Source: Kondoa subrosea
Taxonomy: Eukaryota
Assembly (NCBI GenBank): GCA_039545335.1
Contig: BCIN01000001.1
Span: 674,208-738,207, forward strand
DNA length: 64,000 nucleotides
Reading direction: 5' to 3'
Within the stretch, counting starts at the first letter, position 1, and each line of letters starts with the position of its first letter. The position numbers and the translations under genes were made by a program. The notes under the pieces are model-generated. The model was not told the origin of the DNA and did not search any database. It was given only the letters and a program-made list of their open reading frames with translations. Of the stretch, positions 1 to 13,604 are shown piece by piece.

Positions 1-23
1 AGCAAAAAGAATGGGCTCGATTG

Positions 24-176
24 TGCGTCAAAGGGGATTCGAACCCCTGCCACCGAAGTGACTGCGAACCTCAGACGAGGAAGTTTCATCAACTTGAATG
101 CAGCGCTGATCGAATTTTGAGCTTTTTTCATGCTGAGGAGTGAAGAAAGTACCCTTAACCGCTCGGCCATCGACGC
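24..176 (-). tRNA. tRNA-Leu(CAA) with two introns (47-nt GT-AG intron in the D-stem; 25-nt canonical 37/38 intron)
   Basis: Minus strand: GCGTCGA-TG-GCC-GAGCGGTTAA-GG|intron 152-106|C-G-CTGCA-TT-CAA-G|intron 92-68|T-CGCAG-T-CACTTCGGTG-GC-AGGGG-TTCGAAT-CCCCT-TTGACGC-A. The acceptor stem pairs 7/7 (one G-U), the T-arm is perfect, the variable arm is long (Leu type), the mature length is 81 nt, and a T5 terminator lies at 4-8. There is an A31-C39 mismatch. Confidence 0.9.
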
Positions 177-865
177 AATTTGAAGTAAGATGAGAGCTCA
201 GGCACACACTGCACCTCCCATGCCGTTTGAGCTGACAGTGTAGAGCACTTTGAGTGAAATTGCGCCAAAAACAATCGAGAATCATGTTCATCGTTCATCG
301 CGAAACCTAATCGGAACCAAAGAGATACGATGGCGTGTAGAGAGAGAGAAAGACAGGGTGTTGTGCTTGATAGATGTGAAGAAAGCATTGTTTTATGTTG
401 ATTTTCCGAGACAGAAGTTGTCTTGTCCACTTCACGATTCGTGATGAATGTCAGAGAAGAGTCCAATTAGTATGAGTAGTACAGCTGGTAGTATTGGCAA
501 TGGACTTACCAGAATATTTGTGTGCTTGTGTTGTGCCATCGCGACTTGTCGAGGTGTTCGTTAACAAAAGAAAGAGAACAGATGATATGCGAAACACAGA
601 GCCAGCAGAGTACAAGAAGCGAGAGCAGAAGTAGAAAAAGAGACACAGAAGGCATAGACACAAACCGAGGTGAGAAATTTGGGATGCCTTAGTCACCAAA
701 TACCAGTCGCGATGACGGCACATGCGACAGAGTAGAGCATATCAAAGAAAGAGAATCGCAGAGGAAAAAAAGCAAAGGACCAAATTCAGAATGATATGCG
801 TCAGCAGAACCGCACTGAATCACTCAGCCTTACCCAGGTCACCCGCTCGTATACCAGAAGCCATC

Positions 866-1887
<1,022 letters not shown>

Positions 1888-2470
1888 GTTCGTCGCGGTG
1901 GAACAAAAGCAAGAAAAAGACGGACTTTACGTGCATGCGATACAAGTCTCTACACTTTCAGTCCTTGATCATCGACTGCCTTTGAAGTGCTGGAGTGTCT
2001 TTCTCTACTATAGTTGTGATACCTTTCATGGACAGGATTGCCCAAACAACGCTTACATCCGCTGCCTCTACCTTCCTCCCTTGTCCTACACTTGAACTAA
2101 ACCTTCTGGCGCGTAGTATGAGCAGTGGGCGAGAATACGAGAGGCAAGAATGAAACAAGAAGGAAGCTGGAAGAGTATCACTGCGGGATTCAACTATCGA
2201 ATGTTACTATTGAGTGTTAAGACTCGCTGACATAGAGGCATGCAAAGATTGCTCCATGACAGAAAAAGGTGTCCGCAATGTCCGTGATGTTCCGCGCAAA
2301 GGCTCCAATAGCAAGTTTCAGCAAGTTTCTAAGAAGAAGAAAAGACAACTAGAACCAAGGGATCAAAGGAAGGCATACTAAGTGTCACAGGAAAAGAATC
2401 AAAGGAAAGCCGAGCGATGGACGTTACTCGCCGTTCCGTGTATTGATAGATCTGAGCTAGCAAAACGAAA

Positions 2471-5400
2471 TTAGGTTAATGATTGCAGGTTGACTTCCGA
2501 TGACCTAGGTGAGTCAGGTAGCGGCTGCGATACCGCTGCGCCGAACATTGACTTGAGACTTTGTTCGTTCTTCAGGTTCCGAATGCGTTCAGCTTCTTCA
2601 GCACCGCCTGCGTATGCTTTTGAGCTCAATGAACATGTAATCGTGAGTAAGCACATACCTGTCTTCTTTAGCTTCTTATGTTCAACGAAGCCACCCAGCT
2701 CTGCCGCAAACTCATTGTTCGCTTTAGATTCCGACACTTGTCGGTCGCGAGCTTTCTCCGCTAATGCGATAGCTTTCATCCGTTTCTGTGGATCGACTGC
2801 TAAGCTCTTGACTTCTCCCATGACGGTGCTTAATCCACCATGACTGGAATCAGGATCCGGCGGAATATATTCTCGTAGGCCGAGACGTTTTGGACCGCTT
2901 CCGCCTAAAGAGACAGATTGCTTTTTGACCAGCTCATCGATATTCTCAAACATATTTGCCATCTCTTTGTGATCTTCAGCAAGTTCTTCAAGCAATTCTT
3001 CTTGGTGTTTAAGGAAATGTTGTTCTTCCACAATCTGCCTTAGTTCTTCTGACCAAGTCTTCTTCCACGTAGGTTTGACCGTGTTGACATACGATTGAAC
3101 TTTCTCCAAATCATTTCGAGTGATTTCAATACTCTTCTTGATTTCGGCCAATTTGCTTGCCGAAGGTCGAACACGACGAACAGTCACATCGTCTCTCATT
3201 CCTTCCACAGCATCCATGAGACTTTCTATAGCAGTAAGCAAATCTTGAGATTGACCATCCAATTTGCCTTTGCCTGCATCGATGAAAGCACGAGAGCCAG
3301 AGACTTTGGTAGCTGCGAGCGTCCGTACTCGTTCACATTGGCTCCGAAGTGTAGAGAGAACAGTCTTGTGTTCGTTGCCATAATCCGAATAGACCTGCCG
3401 AAGTACAGCAAGATCTCGCCGTAGACTTTGTACTTCTTCATAATAGTTCTTAAAGCTGGTTTTGGAAGGTGTGAGAGCTGAAGTAGAGGAAGATGGCGCA
3501 GAAATGTTGGCAACTTGGGCGGGAGGAGATTTGTGTTGTTGAGAGCCTAATGGAGGGGACGTCATATTGGCGAAAGGAGTTCCGAAAGCAACAGGAGCTG
3601 GTATGGAAGCTCTTCGTATAGATTGAGCGAAAGATGACTTGAGATCTTTGATGTCTTGCGAGACATTGAGGAAACCGGCGTTAATTTGCTGCTTGACTTG
3701 ATCAAAGACTGACAAACGGTATTCAGCCAAATTCAGAGTGCGAAGAGTTGAAAAAGTCACCTTCAACATTCAAACACAGTAATATACCTTCTTTGATCTC
3801 ATCCATATCTTCCAACTCGTACGATATACCGGTGGTAGGATCACGGATATAAATAGCAGGGAAATCTTCCAGATGCGAATGACTCCCAAACTTGTCGGTA
3901 AAGAGTACTCTGAGCCCAGCTTCGTCCACATCCGGTTCCAAAGTAACTTTCTTCGTCCGATTACCCAATTGCAGGAAGATGGAAATCGGTTTCTTTTCCC
4001 TTTCCTCTTCTGCTTCTTCTTGAGCCGATCGCTTTTGAATCAGATCATCCACTATAGCAACAGCTCCTTCTTGACCGTCTTCATCTCCTCCTGCGGCTCT
4101 CTCTTTGCCTTTATCGAGATCAGGTAAAACTTGAGTGTCCAATCCTTCCAAATGCCTATTCCAACTCTCGCTCAAACTCTTCTTCTCCTCTAATGGAGGT
4201 TCAGGAACGGTACTTAATCTTCTCCCTCCTCCAGAAGTACTACTCGCCAACATTCTAGGTACTGGCGGAGGTGGAACAGGTGGTGCACGAGGACTTCTTC
4301 CTCTTCCAGGACTATCACGATCATCTCTCAAAGAGAAGATCTTGCTTCCTGCAGGTGAAGCAGTAGCAGAATTAGAAGAAGAAGATGAAGCGCCCATTTT
4401 ATCAAAAGTGTATTTGGAAAACCTTTTGCTTGCTCTTCGCATAAGGTTATCAGAGTTCTTGAGGTTATCAAACGCTTTCTCAGGGACAGCAGAAGGTAAG
4501 AGATTGTTGGGCATTGAAGGAGTACCATCGAATTTCAAGGTAGGTAAAGCTGGAACAGGGTAAGTGGAAGCTGACGGTGTTGTTGGTCGAGAATGTTGCG
4601 ACTCGGGTAAAGAAGGTCTACGACTCATGTTTGGTCCTGATGGTAAAGGCGGAGGTTTCTCTCTCGCATAAACACCAGAATGAGCTGCATCTGGCGTAGG
4701 TGGTCGACCGGAAGAAGGACCATGAGCTCGTCTGAGGTCTTGTGATGAAGTTGGTGATGGTAAGGAGCGAGTTGAGGAGACAGAAGGCTGACGATTATGT
4801 ACGACAGCTGTATTGCTGTTCTGAGATTGAGTGGACGACCGTTGCGAAGAAGGTATTGGAGGTCGATTTGGTACACCAGGATTATTTGCTGTGGTAGGCG
4901 AAGGTGTTCCAGAGCGCATTTGACTGAGCGAAGGAGGAGGTGCATTCTGCCTGCGATCAAGTATTTCCTTGTACAGGGCTTGTTTAGCCTTAAGACCTTG
5001 CAGTAGATTCACTATGATAGTCTTGATTGCAGGCAAAAATTGTTGTAGAGTAGCTTCAGATGCAGATTCTGCTGAAAGACAGTTCTCCAGACAGCCTCGC
5101 AGATCATCCGGAACAGTAAGCAGATCTCTGTATCGACTTGTCAGTACAAGATATATAGCTCAAGTCAACAAGCTGACTCCATAGAGATATTCTCCCTCGC
5201 AAATGTCGCACAAGCAGCATTAAAGTCGTTACCCAATTTGACATAAATATCTGAGATTTGATCATCAGTTGTGCGACCTTGACTCCAAGCGGTCAGTCCT
5301 TCCAGTAGATTCTTTGTAGATACCAATAGCCGAGTCACGACCTTACGTGCAAGATCAGTACCGAGTATTCGCATGACGCTTGAAACTTACAGTATCAATT

Positions 5401-5552
5401 CCAGTCGAGAAATGTCTGGAAGGAGGACCAGTCGGTCTGCCATTGACTTGCTGAGAAGGTCTGCGGGGTCGTGAAGAGTTGGAAGAGTCTCGCTGAGATC
5501 CACCATGCGAACTTGTAGCGCTTGATGGTCTATCCCCGCCGGTTCCTTGCAT
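2471..5552 (-). CDS. BUD6: Bud6/Aip3 actin-interacting polarity protein (spliced)
   Basis: N-terminal VVTRLLVSTKNLLEGLTAWS; LFLQLG...LRVLFTDKF...FPAIYIRDP..GISYELED; coiled-coil EVQSLRRDLAVLRQ and KPTWKKTWSEEL, all typical of the AIP3 domain. Confidence 0.88.
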
Positions 5553-5980
5553 ATCCGAGTGAAGAGCTGTAGCCTAGAAGACCTTCGCGATACCAGCGCT
5601 GCCAGACGAGCGTTTACAATATAGGCTCGAGCACCTAATGCAGGCTTGATATTGACACGAACAGGTTGCTAAGCTTGAGTGAATCAGATTGCTCAGGCGT
5701 GACCCGCGCGTAATATAGAGCCGCTCTTGCTGGCTGGACGACCCGAAACAGACTTGGATCAGCGAACTGTTTGAGACGAAAATTCACCTTGTTGGTTTTC
5801 TGCATCCTACCATCCTTGAAGCGCCTTCTTCGACAGCCTGCCTATCTGTCGCTGCTCTATACAAGTGTGTCTGTCAGCAAAGACAGCAAAATCTACGGTC
5901 TTTGCCTCGAAATTATCGATTTCCCATTCTATACCTCTCTATACCTCTGTCTGGCTTCTACTGCTCTGTAACGGCCTCGT

Positions 5981-8900
5981 ATGGACTTGTACGATGAGTT
6001 CGGAAACTACCTAGGTGGAGATGATTCAGAAGACTCTGGGGGAGAAGATGCGCATGAGCAGACAAATGGTTATGCTGCCGCTCCAGCTTCGACAGCCGCA
6101 CCTCTAGATGGCTATGATGATCAGGATACGACTATGGGAGATGCTCAAGCGGATCAAGGACCTATTTCAAATGCCGTGATATTGCATGAAGATAAACGAT
6201 ATTACCCTCATGCTTCTGAAGTGTATGGGGATGATGTAGAAGCGCTTGTTCAAGAAGAAGATATGCAACCTCTAACAGAACCTATCATTGCACCTGTCAA
6301 AAAGCTTTCGTTCAGGGTAGTTGAGAACGGCAAGAAGGAAGTTAAGCAGAGATTCGATAACCAATTCTTGCTCGATCTATCCTCGCACCCGGAAAGTGTA
6401 AGGAATGTTGCTGTAGTCGGACATCTGCACCATGGGAAAACAGCTTTGATGGATATGTTGGTCTATGAAACACATCAAATGGATTGGATGCCAGAAAAGC
6501 AGGTGAGGAGAAGTCACGATCATAATCGATTTGTAGTTCTGATGGTTAGATGTGCTTTGCTCACAGCTTCGATACACCGACTCACACATCTTAGCGCAAC
6601 AACGAGGCATTTCACTCAAAGCTTCACCTATGAGTTTCGTACTGCAAAATACAAAAGGCAAATCTTTCCTCCTCAACATGATCGACACACCAGGGCATGT
6701 CAACTTCCAGGTCAGCTATCTCTTTGAGTCGGAGTCGGAAGGTCAAGCTAATGTAGAATGAGCAGGACGAAGTAGCAAGTGCACTTCGATTAGCTGATGG
6801 AGCTGTTCTGGTAGTAGATGCAGTGGAAGGCGTTCGTTGAGCTTGACTCCTTCGGTTTGTGGCTGATTGTGCCTCGATTGATTGAACAGGTACTAGCCAA
6901 TACAGAATACATCATCCGCCATATCCTCGCTCAACACCTGCCGATAACGCTCGTATTGAACAAAGTCGATCGCTTGATCCTTGAACTCCGACTACCTCCC
7001 GGCGATGCATACTATAAGCTGAAACAAACAATAGAAGAAGTGAATACTGTTATAAGCGGAATTGATCCAGATCCAAAGTTACGAGTCTCACCCGAGTTAG
7101 GCAACGTCACTTTCGCCAGTACTTCTATGGGATGGGCTTTCACTTTGAAAAGTTTCGCTAAAATGTATCAAGATACTTACGGTGAGGAAAGCGGATCCGG
7201 GCTATGAGATTTGTTCTCATCCGTTGGGTCACATCTTCTTACAGGTCCCGTTGATCTTGATGGCTTTGCTCTACGATTATGGGGCAACATTTATTTCAAT
7301 CAGACTACCCGGAAATTCAGCAAGCATGAATCTATCGATGGTGATTCGAAACGGGGTTTCCTGCATTTCATCCTGGAGCCTCTATACAAGCTCTATGCAG
7401 CTGTAAGTCGCACTTACCGGTCTTGAGATATATCTGATCACTGATTTCTTTGACATGCAGGTTCTCAGCCAAGACAGTGCAACTCTAAAAAAGACTTTGC
7501 ACTCGCTTGGCATCTTCCTGAAACCAGCAATGTACAAAATGGATGTCCGACCACTTTTGAAACTAGTTCTCAGTCAATTTTTCGGTCCTCCGGCTGGATT
7601 AGTGGATATGATCACTCAACATGTTCCAAATCCAGTAGAAGCAGCTCCTCACAAGATCGCTACTACTTACTTTGGACCTCTTACTTCCAACGTTGCGAAA
7701 GCCATGATTACTTGCGATCCGGAAGGACCACTCATGATTCAAGTGACGAAACTTTTCCCTTCAGAAGATGCGCAGGAATTCCATGCTTTTGGACGAGTCA
7801 TGTCTGGAACTGTCAAATCGGGTCAGAAAGTAAAAGTACTTGGTGAAGGCTTCAGTATGGAAGATGAGGAAGACATGGTCATTGCTACAGTTGAGAAAGT
7901 ATGGATCAACGAGTCAAGGTTCGTGAGACTTATATCCTTCAGCATGCGCTGATGTCGATCATGCATCACGAACAGATATCTTATCGAAACAGATGGTATA
8001 CCAGCAGGCAATTTTGTGACACTTTCAGGTGTAGACAACTCGATTACCAAAAGCGCCACCATTGTGGATGTTTCTATTCAAGAGGACTTGCACATCTTCA
8101 ATCCTATCAAACATATCTCTCAATCCGTTCTCAAGATCGCAGTCGAACCTGTCAACCCATCAGAATTACCTAAAATGCTGGACGGTCTAAGAAAGATTAA
8201 CAAGACCTACCCATTAGTCGAAACTCGAGTAGAAGAAAGTGGCGAGCACGTCATTATTGGTACTGGAGAACTTTACCTTGATTGCGTGATGCATGATCTG
8301 AGAAGAATGTTTGCCGAAATCGAAATCAAAGTTTCGGATCCGGTCGTCAGGTTTTGTGAGACTGTTGTGGAAACGAGTGCATTGAAATGCTACGCTGAAA
8401 CACCGAACAAGAAGTCAGTGCCAGGTGTCTTTCGCTGTTTATATAGCTTATCATCTTCTACTTTGACAGAAACAAGATCACCATGATTGCTGAACCGCTC
8501 GAAAAGGGAATAGCAGACGATATCGAAAAGGGAAGAGTATCGATGAAGATGTCTACCAAGCAAATAGGCAAGCATTTCGAAGAACGCTTCCAATGGGATT
8601 TACTCGCTTCTCGGTCGATATGGGCTTTCGGTCCGGAAGAACAAGGGACAAACATCCTTATGGACGATACTTTACCTTCAGAAGTTGACAAGAAGTTGCT
8701 TGGTTCAGTGAAAGATTTCGTCAAGCAAGGTTTCCAATGGGCGACTCGTGAAGGACCACTTTGCGATGAACGTGAGTCATTCATCTCCGAGTGTATGCTC
8801 AAGTTTTAAGAAAAGTTATCTAGCGATACGAAACGTCAAGTTCCGCATTCTCGATTCCGTCTTAGCACCTGAAGCGATTTTCCGAGGAGGAGGACAAATC

Positions 8901-9558
8901 ATCCCGACAGCTCGAAGAGTTTGCTACTCTTCAATGTTGATGGCCACACCTCGACTTATGGAACCAGTTTACTACGTCGAAGTTCAAGCACCAGCAGAAT
9001 GTGTCGCAGCAGTATATGAAGTACTCGCAAGGAGAAGAGGTCACGTCACGAAAGATATTCCTAAACCTGGTTCTCCTCTCTATACTGTTCAAGCTTACAT
9101 TCCTGTTATCGACGCCAACGGTTTCGAGACGGATTTGAGAACGCACACGCAAGGTCAAGCCTTTTGTATGCAGATCTTTGAGTGAGCTTTTCCTCTCCTG
9201 CTAGGTCAATGCCTAAATTGATTGATTGTTGTTCAGTCACTGGTCGATCGTACCTGGTGATCCAGCAGACAAAACTATTCAGCTGAGACCGCTTGAACCT
9301 GCATCAGCGACTGCACTTGCGCGAGATCTGTGCTTGAAGACTAGACGGCGGAAAGGTTTACCTGGTTTGTCAAAACCGTCCTAAAATTGTAGCACAAATT
9401 GATGATGTTTCTACAGATGACATTGGTATTGGCAAGTATATGGAACCAGAAGCACTAAGTATGTTCCTTTTCTTCGCATGCCTTGTCATCCATGTTCAAT
9501 GTTGTCTTTTTTGTACATAGTTGCTTTGGCGAGTTCAGATTTGGAAAACCTGCTTTGA
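5981..9558 (+). CDS. SNU114: U5 snRNP 116-kDa GTPase Snu114/EFTUD2 (spliced)
   Basis: [10 protein letters not shown] start, [20 protein letters not shown]-loop, [39 protein letters not shown]. Confidence 0.96.
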
Positions 9559-9789
9559 GCGGGAAAGACATGAGTGTGTATTGTTGAAATGATCAAAAGG
9601 ATGCAAGAGTCAATGCATTATGTGAATCATCACTAAGATCTGGTTATGGACTGAAGTGAAGAACTTCCCTTTGTCCTTCAATTTGCGAGGACACAGTTGC
9701 CACGTATAGCTCTCGCTCACAGACAGTGAAAGGAGCAGTAGCGCGTGGATCAGTGCTAGAAAATTTCCCATGACATTTAGGAAATTTCC

Positions 9790-11619
9790 ATGAGTGAATG
9801 GTCTGCACAACACAGCGAGGAGCACAGTATGATAGATCAAGTAGAAACCAACGGATCCAGCGCAGCTACTACCAAGCCAGTTGAAGAGACGTCAGCGCTA
9901 TCATCAGCAGCTGTTGACAAGTACAAGGCAGCTGCACTTAGTGTTGCTCAAACCTTGAAGGAACTTGTGCCACTGCTCAAGGATGGCGCCAATGTGCTTG
10001 AGTTGGTGAGTACTATCGACTCTGCATGCGTCTCAGTCTCATGTTTTGTTGCTATATCCAGTGCAAGCAAGGTGATGCAAAGGTGAGCTATGATCAGCCG
10101 CGGGCTCGCCTGCTGATGACTTTCTTATGTTTCACAGCTAACAGAAGAGACTGGCAAAGTGTACAATCTCAAAGGAGCCAAAGCAGTTCAGAAAGGTTAG
10201 TCTTCCATTTCCCGCAAAATTCGCATGACACTCACTGATCTTGGGACAAATAAATCTACTATAGGAATTGCTTACCCAACAGCACTATCAGTCAATGCAA
10301 CTCTATGCCATTTCTCTCCTCTACCTTCCGATACTGAAGCTGCTGCTCTAACTCTCAAAACTGGAGATGTAGTCAAGATCGTTCTTGGTGCTCACATTGA
10401 TGGTTACGCTTCGTTGAGCGGTGAAACGTGCGTATTACTTACTTGTGCGAAATATTGGCTCGATTGACAGTAATGTACACAGAGTGGTCGTTGGCTCGGA
10501 TTCTTCTTCTCCAGTTACTGGCATCAAGGCAGATCTACTAGCGGCCGCTTACAACGCAGCCGAAGCTGGTATTCGTGGTGCGAGAGTCCGTAAGAGTCTT
10601 ACTACAGACGTCTGTATGCTGAAAGAAGTATAGGTTGGCGGAAAGAACTGGGAAGTAACAGAAAATGTTGCCAAAGTGCTCAAGGAATACGAAGGCATCA
10701 AGGGTGTCGAAGGTCTCTTCTCCAACCAGGTCAGTGAAAGCGCATGACTGCTGAACTTGCAGCTGAATTCAGCAAGTACTCTGACAGCATCTACAACACG
10801 ATATCCAAGCTAAGAAGACGATCAGTGCTTTCCCTTCATCTGAGCAGCGCAAAGATGGTAGCAACGCATATGTCATTGAAGAAGGCGATGTCTATCATTT
10901 GGATGTGATTGTTACAAGCGGCAGCAATGCTTCGGTGCGTCTGTCATCTCATGTTCTGCTGTTTCACAGCTCAAAACAAGATCGCGCCGCACAGCCCAAG
11001 CAAAGTCCTCATTCCACAACAATCTTTTCCAAAGCAGGAACAGGAAAATATTCACTCGTGAGATTCATGTTTAAGGAATCTGAGTATTATCTCATTACTT
11101 TCGTCCATGTACTCACAGAAAATGAAAGCATCTCGAAATACTTATGCCGAAATCACCGCTAAAGCTGGACAATTCCCTTTCACTCTGCGTATGCTCGAAC
11201 AAGAGACTAAGGCGAGGTTGGGTGTACAAGAATGCGTGCAGCACGGTCAGTCGAAGTCTTTGCTATTTCAGTCATGCCGCTGATGTGCGAATATTCTGCG
11301 GCTGACAGGTCTTCTCAAGCCATACGAACCTCAGTAAGCTCAATTTCCATTCTATTCCTTGTATAAAGCTAAGACTTTGGGCAGAACACTCGGAGGGGAT
11401 TCTATCTCAGCTCAAGTTCTCGTCACTTTCGCAGTTACCAAATCGGGCATCACCAAATTCTCTCATGCTCCAGTTTTCTATTCCTCTGAAACGGTCAAAC
11501 CGGAACATGAGATCAAAGATGAGGAAACCAAAGCACTTTTGGCAAAGAATTTGAAAATTACTAAGAAGAAGACTAAGAAGCCCAAAGAAGCTGGAGGAGA
11601 GGCGGAAACGAAAGCATAA
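9790..11619 (+). CDS. PA2G4/Ebp1/Cdb4-like curved-DNA-binding protein (M24 fold); start uncertain (9790 or 9829)
   Basis: DKYKAA, GIAYPTALSVN, GDVVKIVLGAHIDGY, FPFTLR, Lys-rich C-terminus. Confidence 0.82.
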
Positions 11620-12340
11620 AGGAAAATATATATTTCACAAAAAAAAGAAATATAGTATTGCAATTTAGCAAACCTTGATCAATGAATCGAGCAACAAACG
11701 TAACAGACAGCAGTCGCAATAACCATCGAGCTGATAGAGATACTGAACACATTACGTTGCATGTAGCAGAAGAAATTTTGAGTACACATTATAGAGCCCT
11801 TGCAGCTGACTTTTGCAATGTTGCAATCTATCTGTTCGCACACATGAGAGCAGATTGTTTGCTGAAGCTGGACCTGTCACAAGCAATACGCAAAAGTCAG
11901 CTCTTTTGTCCTGAGAAATGGGTACGTAAGTAAGAGGAACAAAGAGAGAGTGTGTATCTTCAAGATTTTCAGTATGTGTATAAATTGGTTCCTCATGAAT
12001 CCGAGGACTCTGATAGGAAAGACTAATCGATTTTTATGTGTTTATATCATTAGATAAGGGGAAAAGAGGTGGGAAGCAGAGGTCATATAGTGCATAGAAG
12101 ACTAACCAGTTGACGAAGCTGTACACACCCGATGGATGGAACGCGACATGAATCCAAAATTGCTGGCGTAGGCAAGAGCGAGACAAAGCCTGGAATTGCT
12201 CGTGATAGATGCAGGAAAGACAGAAGAGGAACTAGCAGCACAGTAATACGAAGACAGACCTCGAGATGGTGCAGGACAACATTTTTCGCGAAGACAGTTC
12301 GAAGCAGAGAGCGGCTTATTCCGGTCGTACCTATACCGCC

Positions 12341-13103
12341 ATGTTACGACAAGCTGCATTGAGGCCAGCGAGGCAGGTCGTAGGCCGTAGATTCGCCAGC
12401 ACCGAAGGAACCAAGCAAACTATTGATTCAGCTGCCTCAAAGACCAAATCTGCGACTGATCAGGCAGCCAACAAACTGAAATCAGCTGTGGACAGCTCTA
12501 AACCTATCGCAGAGAACGCTGCTTCTACTTCTCAGCAAGTTGTTGCTTCAAACGAAACTCTTTCAAGTGCAGCAGACAAGGCGAAGGTTTACGCTGATCA
12601 AGCCCAGCAATATGCTACTAAAGCTTTTGATGCTGTTGGAGGCAGAGTTGGTGGAGCTCTAGGAGGTGAGAAGCTTGCGCAATGCATCATTAAGAAGGTC
12701 ATTCAGATCTGATGATTTGGCAATGTGTTTCACAGCATACAAGGAACCTATCTTTTACAACGCTGCCGTAGCTAGGGAAATAGCAAAACAAGTCTATGTA
12801 GCCGAAAGACTCGCACCACCTAAAAGTCTAGGAGAATTCACTTCAGCATGGCAAACCATGTACAACAGAGCAAGCGATTTTGGTTTCTGGCGTAAAGCGT
12901 ACGAATCAGGGGAATGGAAGAGGTATGCTATCTACGCGGTAGAGGCTTACGGTATCTTCAAGATTGGCGAAATGATTGGAAGGCGCTCGATGGTCAGTGT
13001 AACATCTGCATGTTTCGTTCCCGAGACTAAGGTTTCTGCTCAGGTTGGATACAAGCTTACACCTTCTAACAAACTTGATCAGCATCTTCAGCATCACGAT
13101 TAA
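12341..13103 (+). CDS. ATP20: Mitochondrial ATP synthase subunit g
   Basis: Presequence MLRQAALRPARQVVGRRFAST; YNAAVAREIAKQVYVAERLAPP; EAYGIFKIGEMIGRR. Confidence 0.9.
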
Positions 13104-13604
13104 AGAAAGAGCGGACGAGAGGGCTACGAGTTGAGCAAAGGAGGACTCGAAATAGTCAAAATAATCAAGAGAACAAACGTCCTCGTCATATTATTGTGTA
13201 AAGAAAACTTGTCTGCATCTTTCACTGATCGGACCGATTAAAACTTTGTGGCATATGTGTCATCGCAGTTCAGCTCGTCTTCTTTTAATTAGGTAGTACT
13301 GTGCGTGGCTGAAGCCTTGGATTTGGCCGATGCTGATGTTCATGCTCATTTACAGCTTCATCTTCTTACTCTCTCGCAACTCTCACTGCCTTCTGTGTTT
13401 GAGTTCTGTGCTTGTTTCTGTCTTTCTTTGCAATCATCGGGTCCTTTCGCGGTTTGGGAGACTGTGAACTTAATCCGTCTTGAACAAGTGATCTATGGGG
13501 ACATGCTGTCATGGCCTTGTCCGTTTTCCTATATGCCTCAAGAATGTCTCTTCTTTCCCCTTTTTCCCCTTTGTTGATGGTTTTCACCCGCTTACGCTAC
13601 TTAC

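Noticed and set aside
68..93. Reading the second tRNA-Leu intron as GT-AG as well
   Set aside because: That splice leaves an extra base in the anticodon arm and 24 nt is too short. A canonical 37/38 intron starting TTGA, complementary to the anticodon, fits better.
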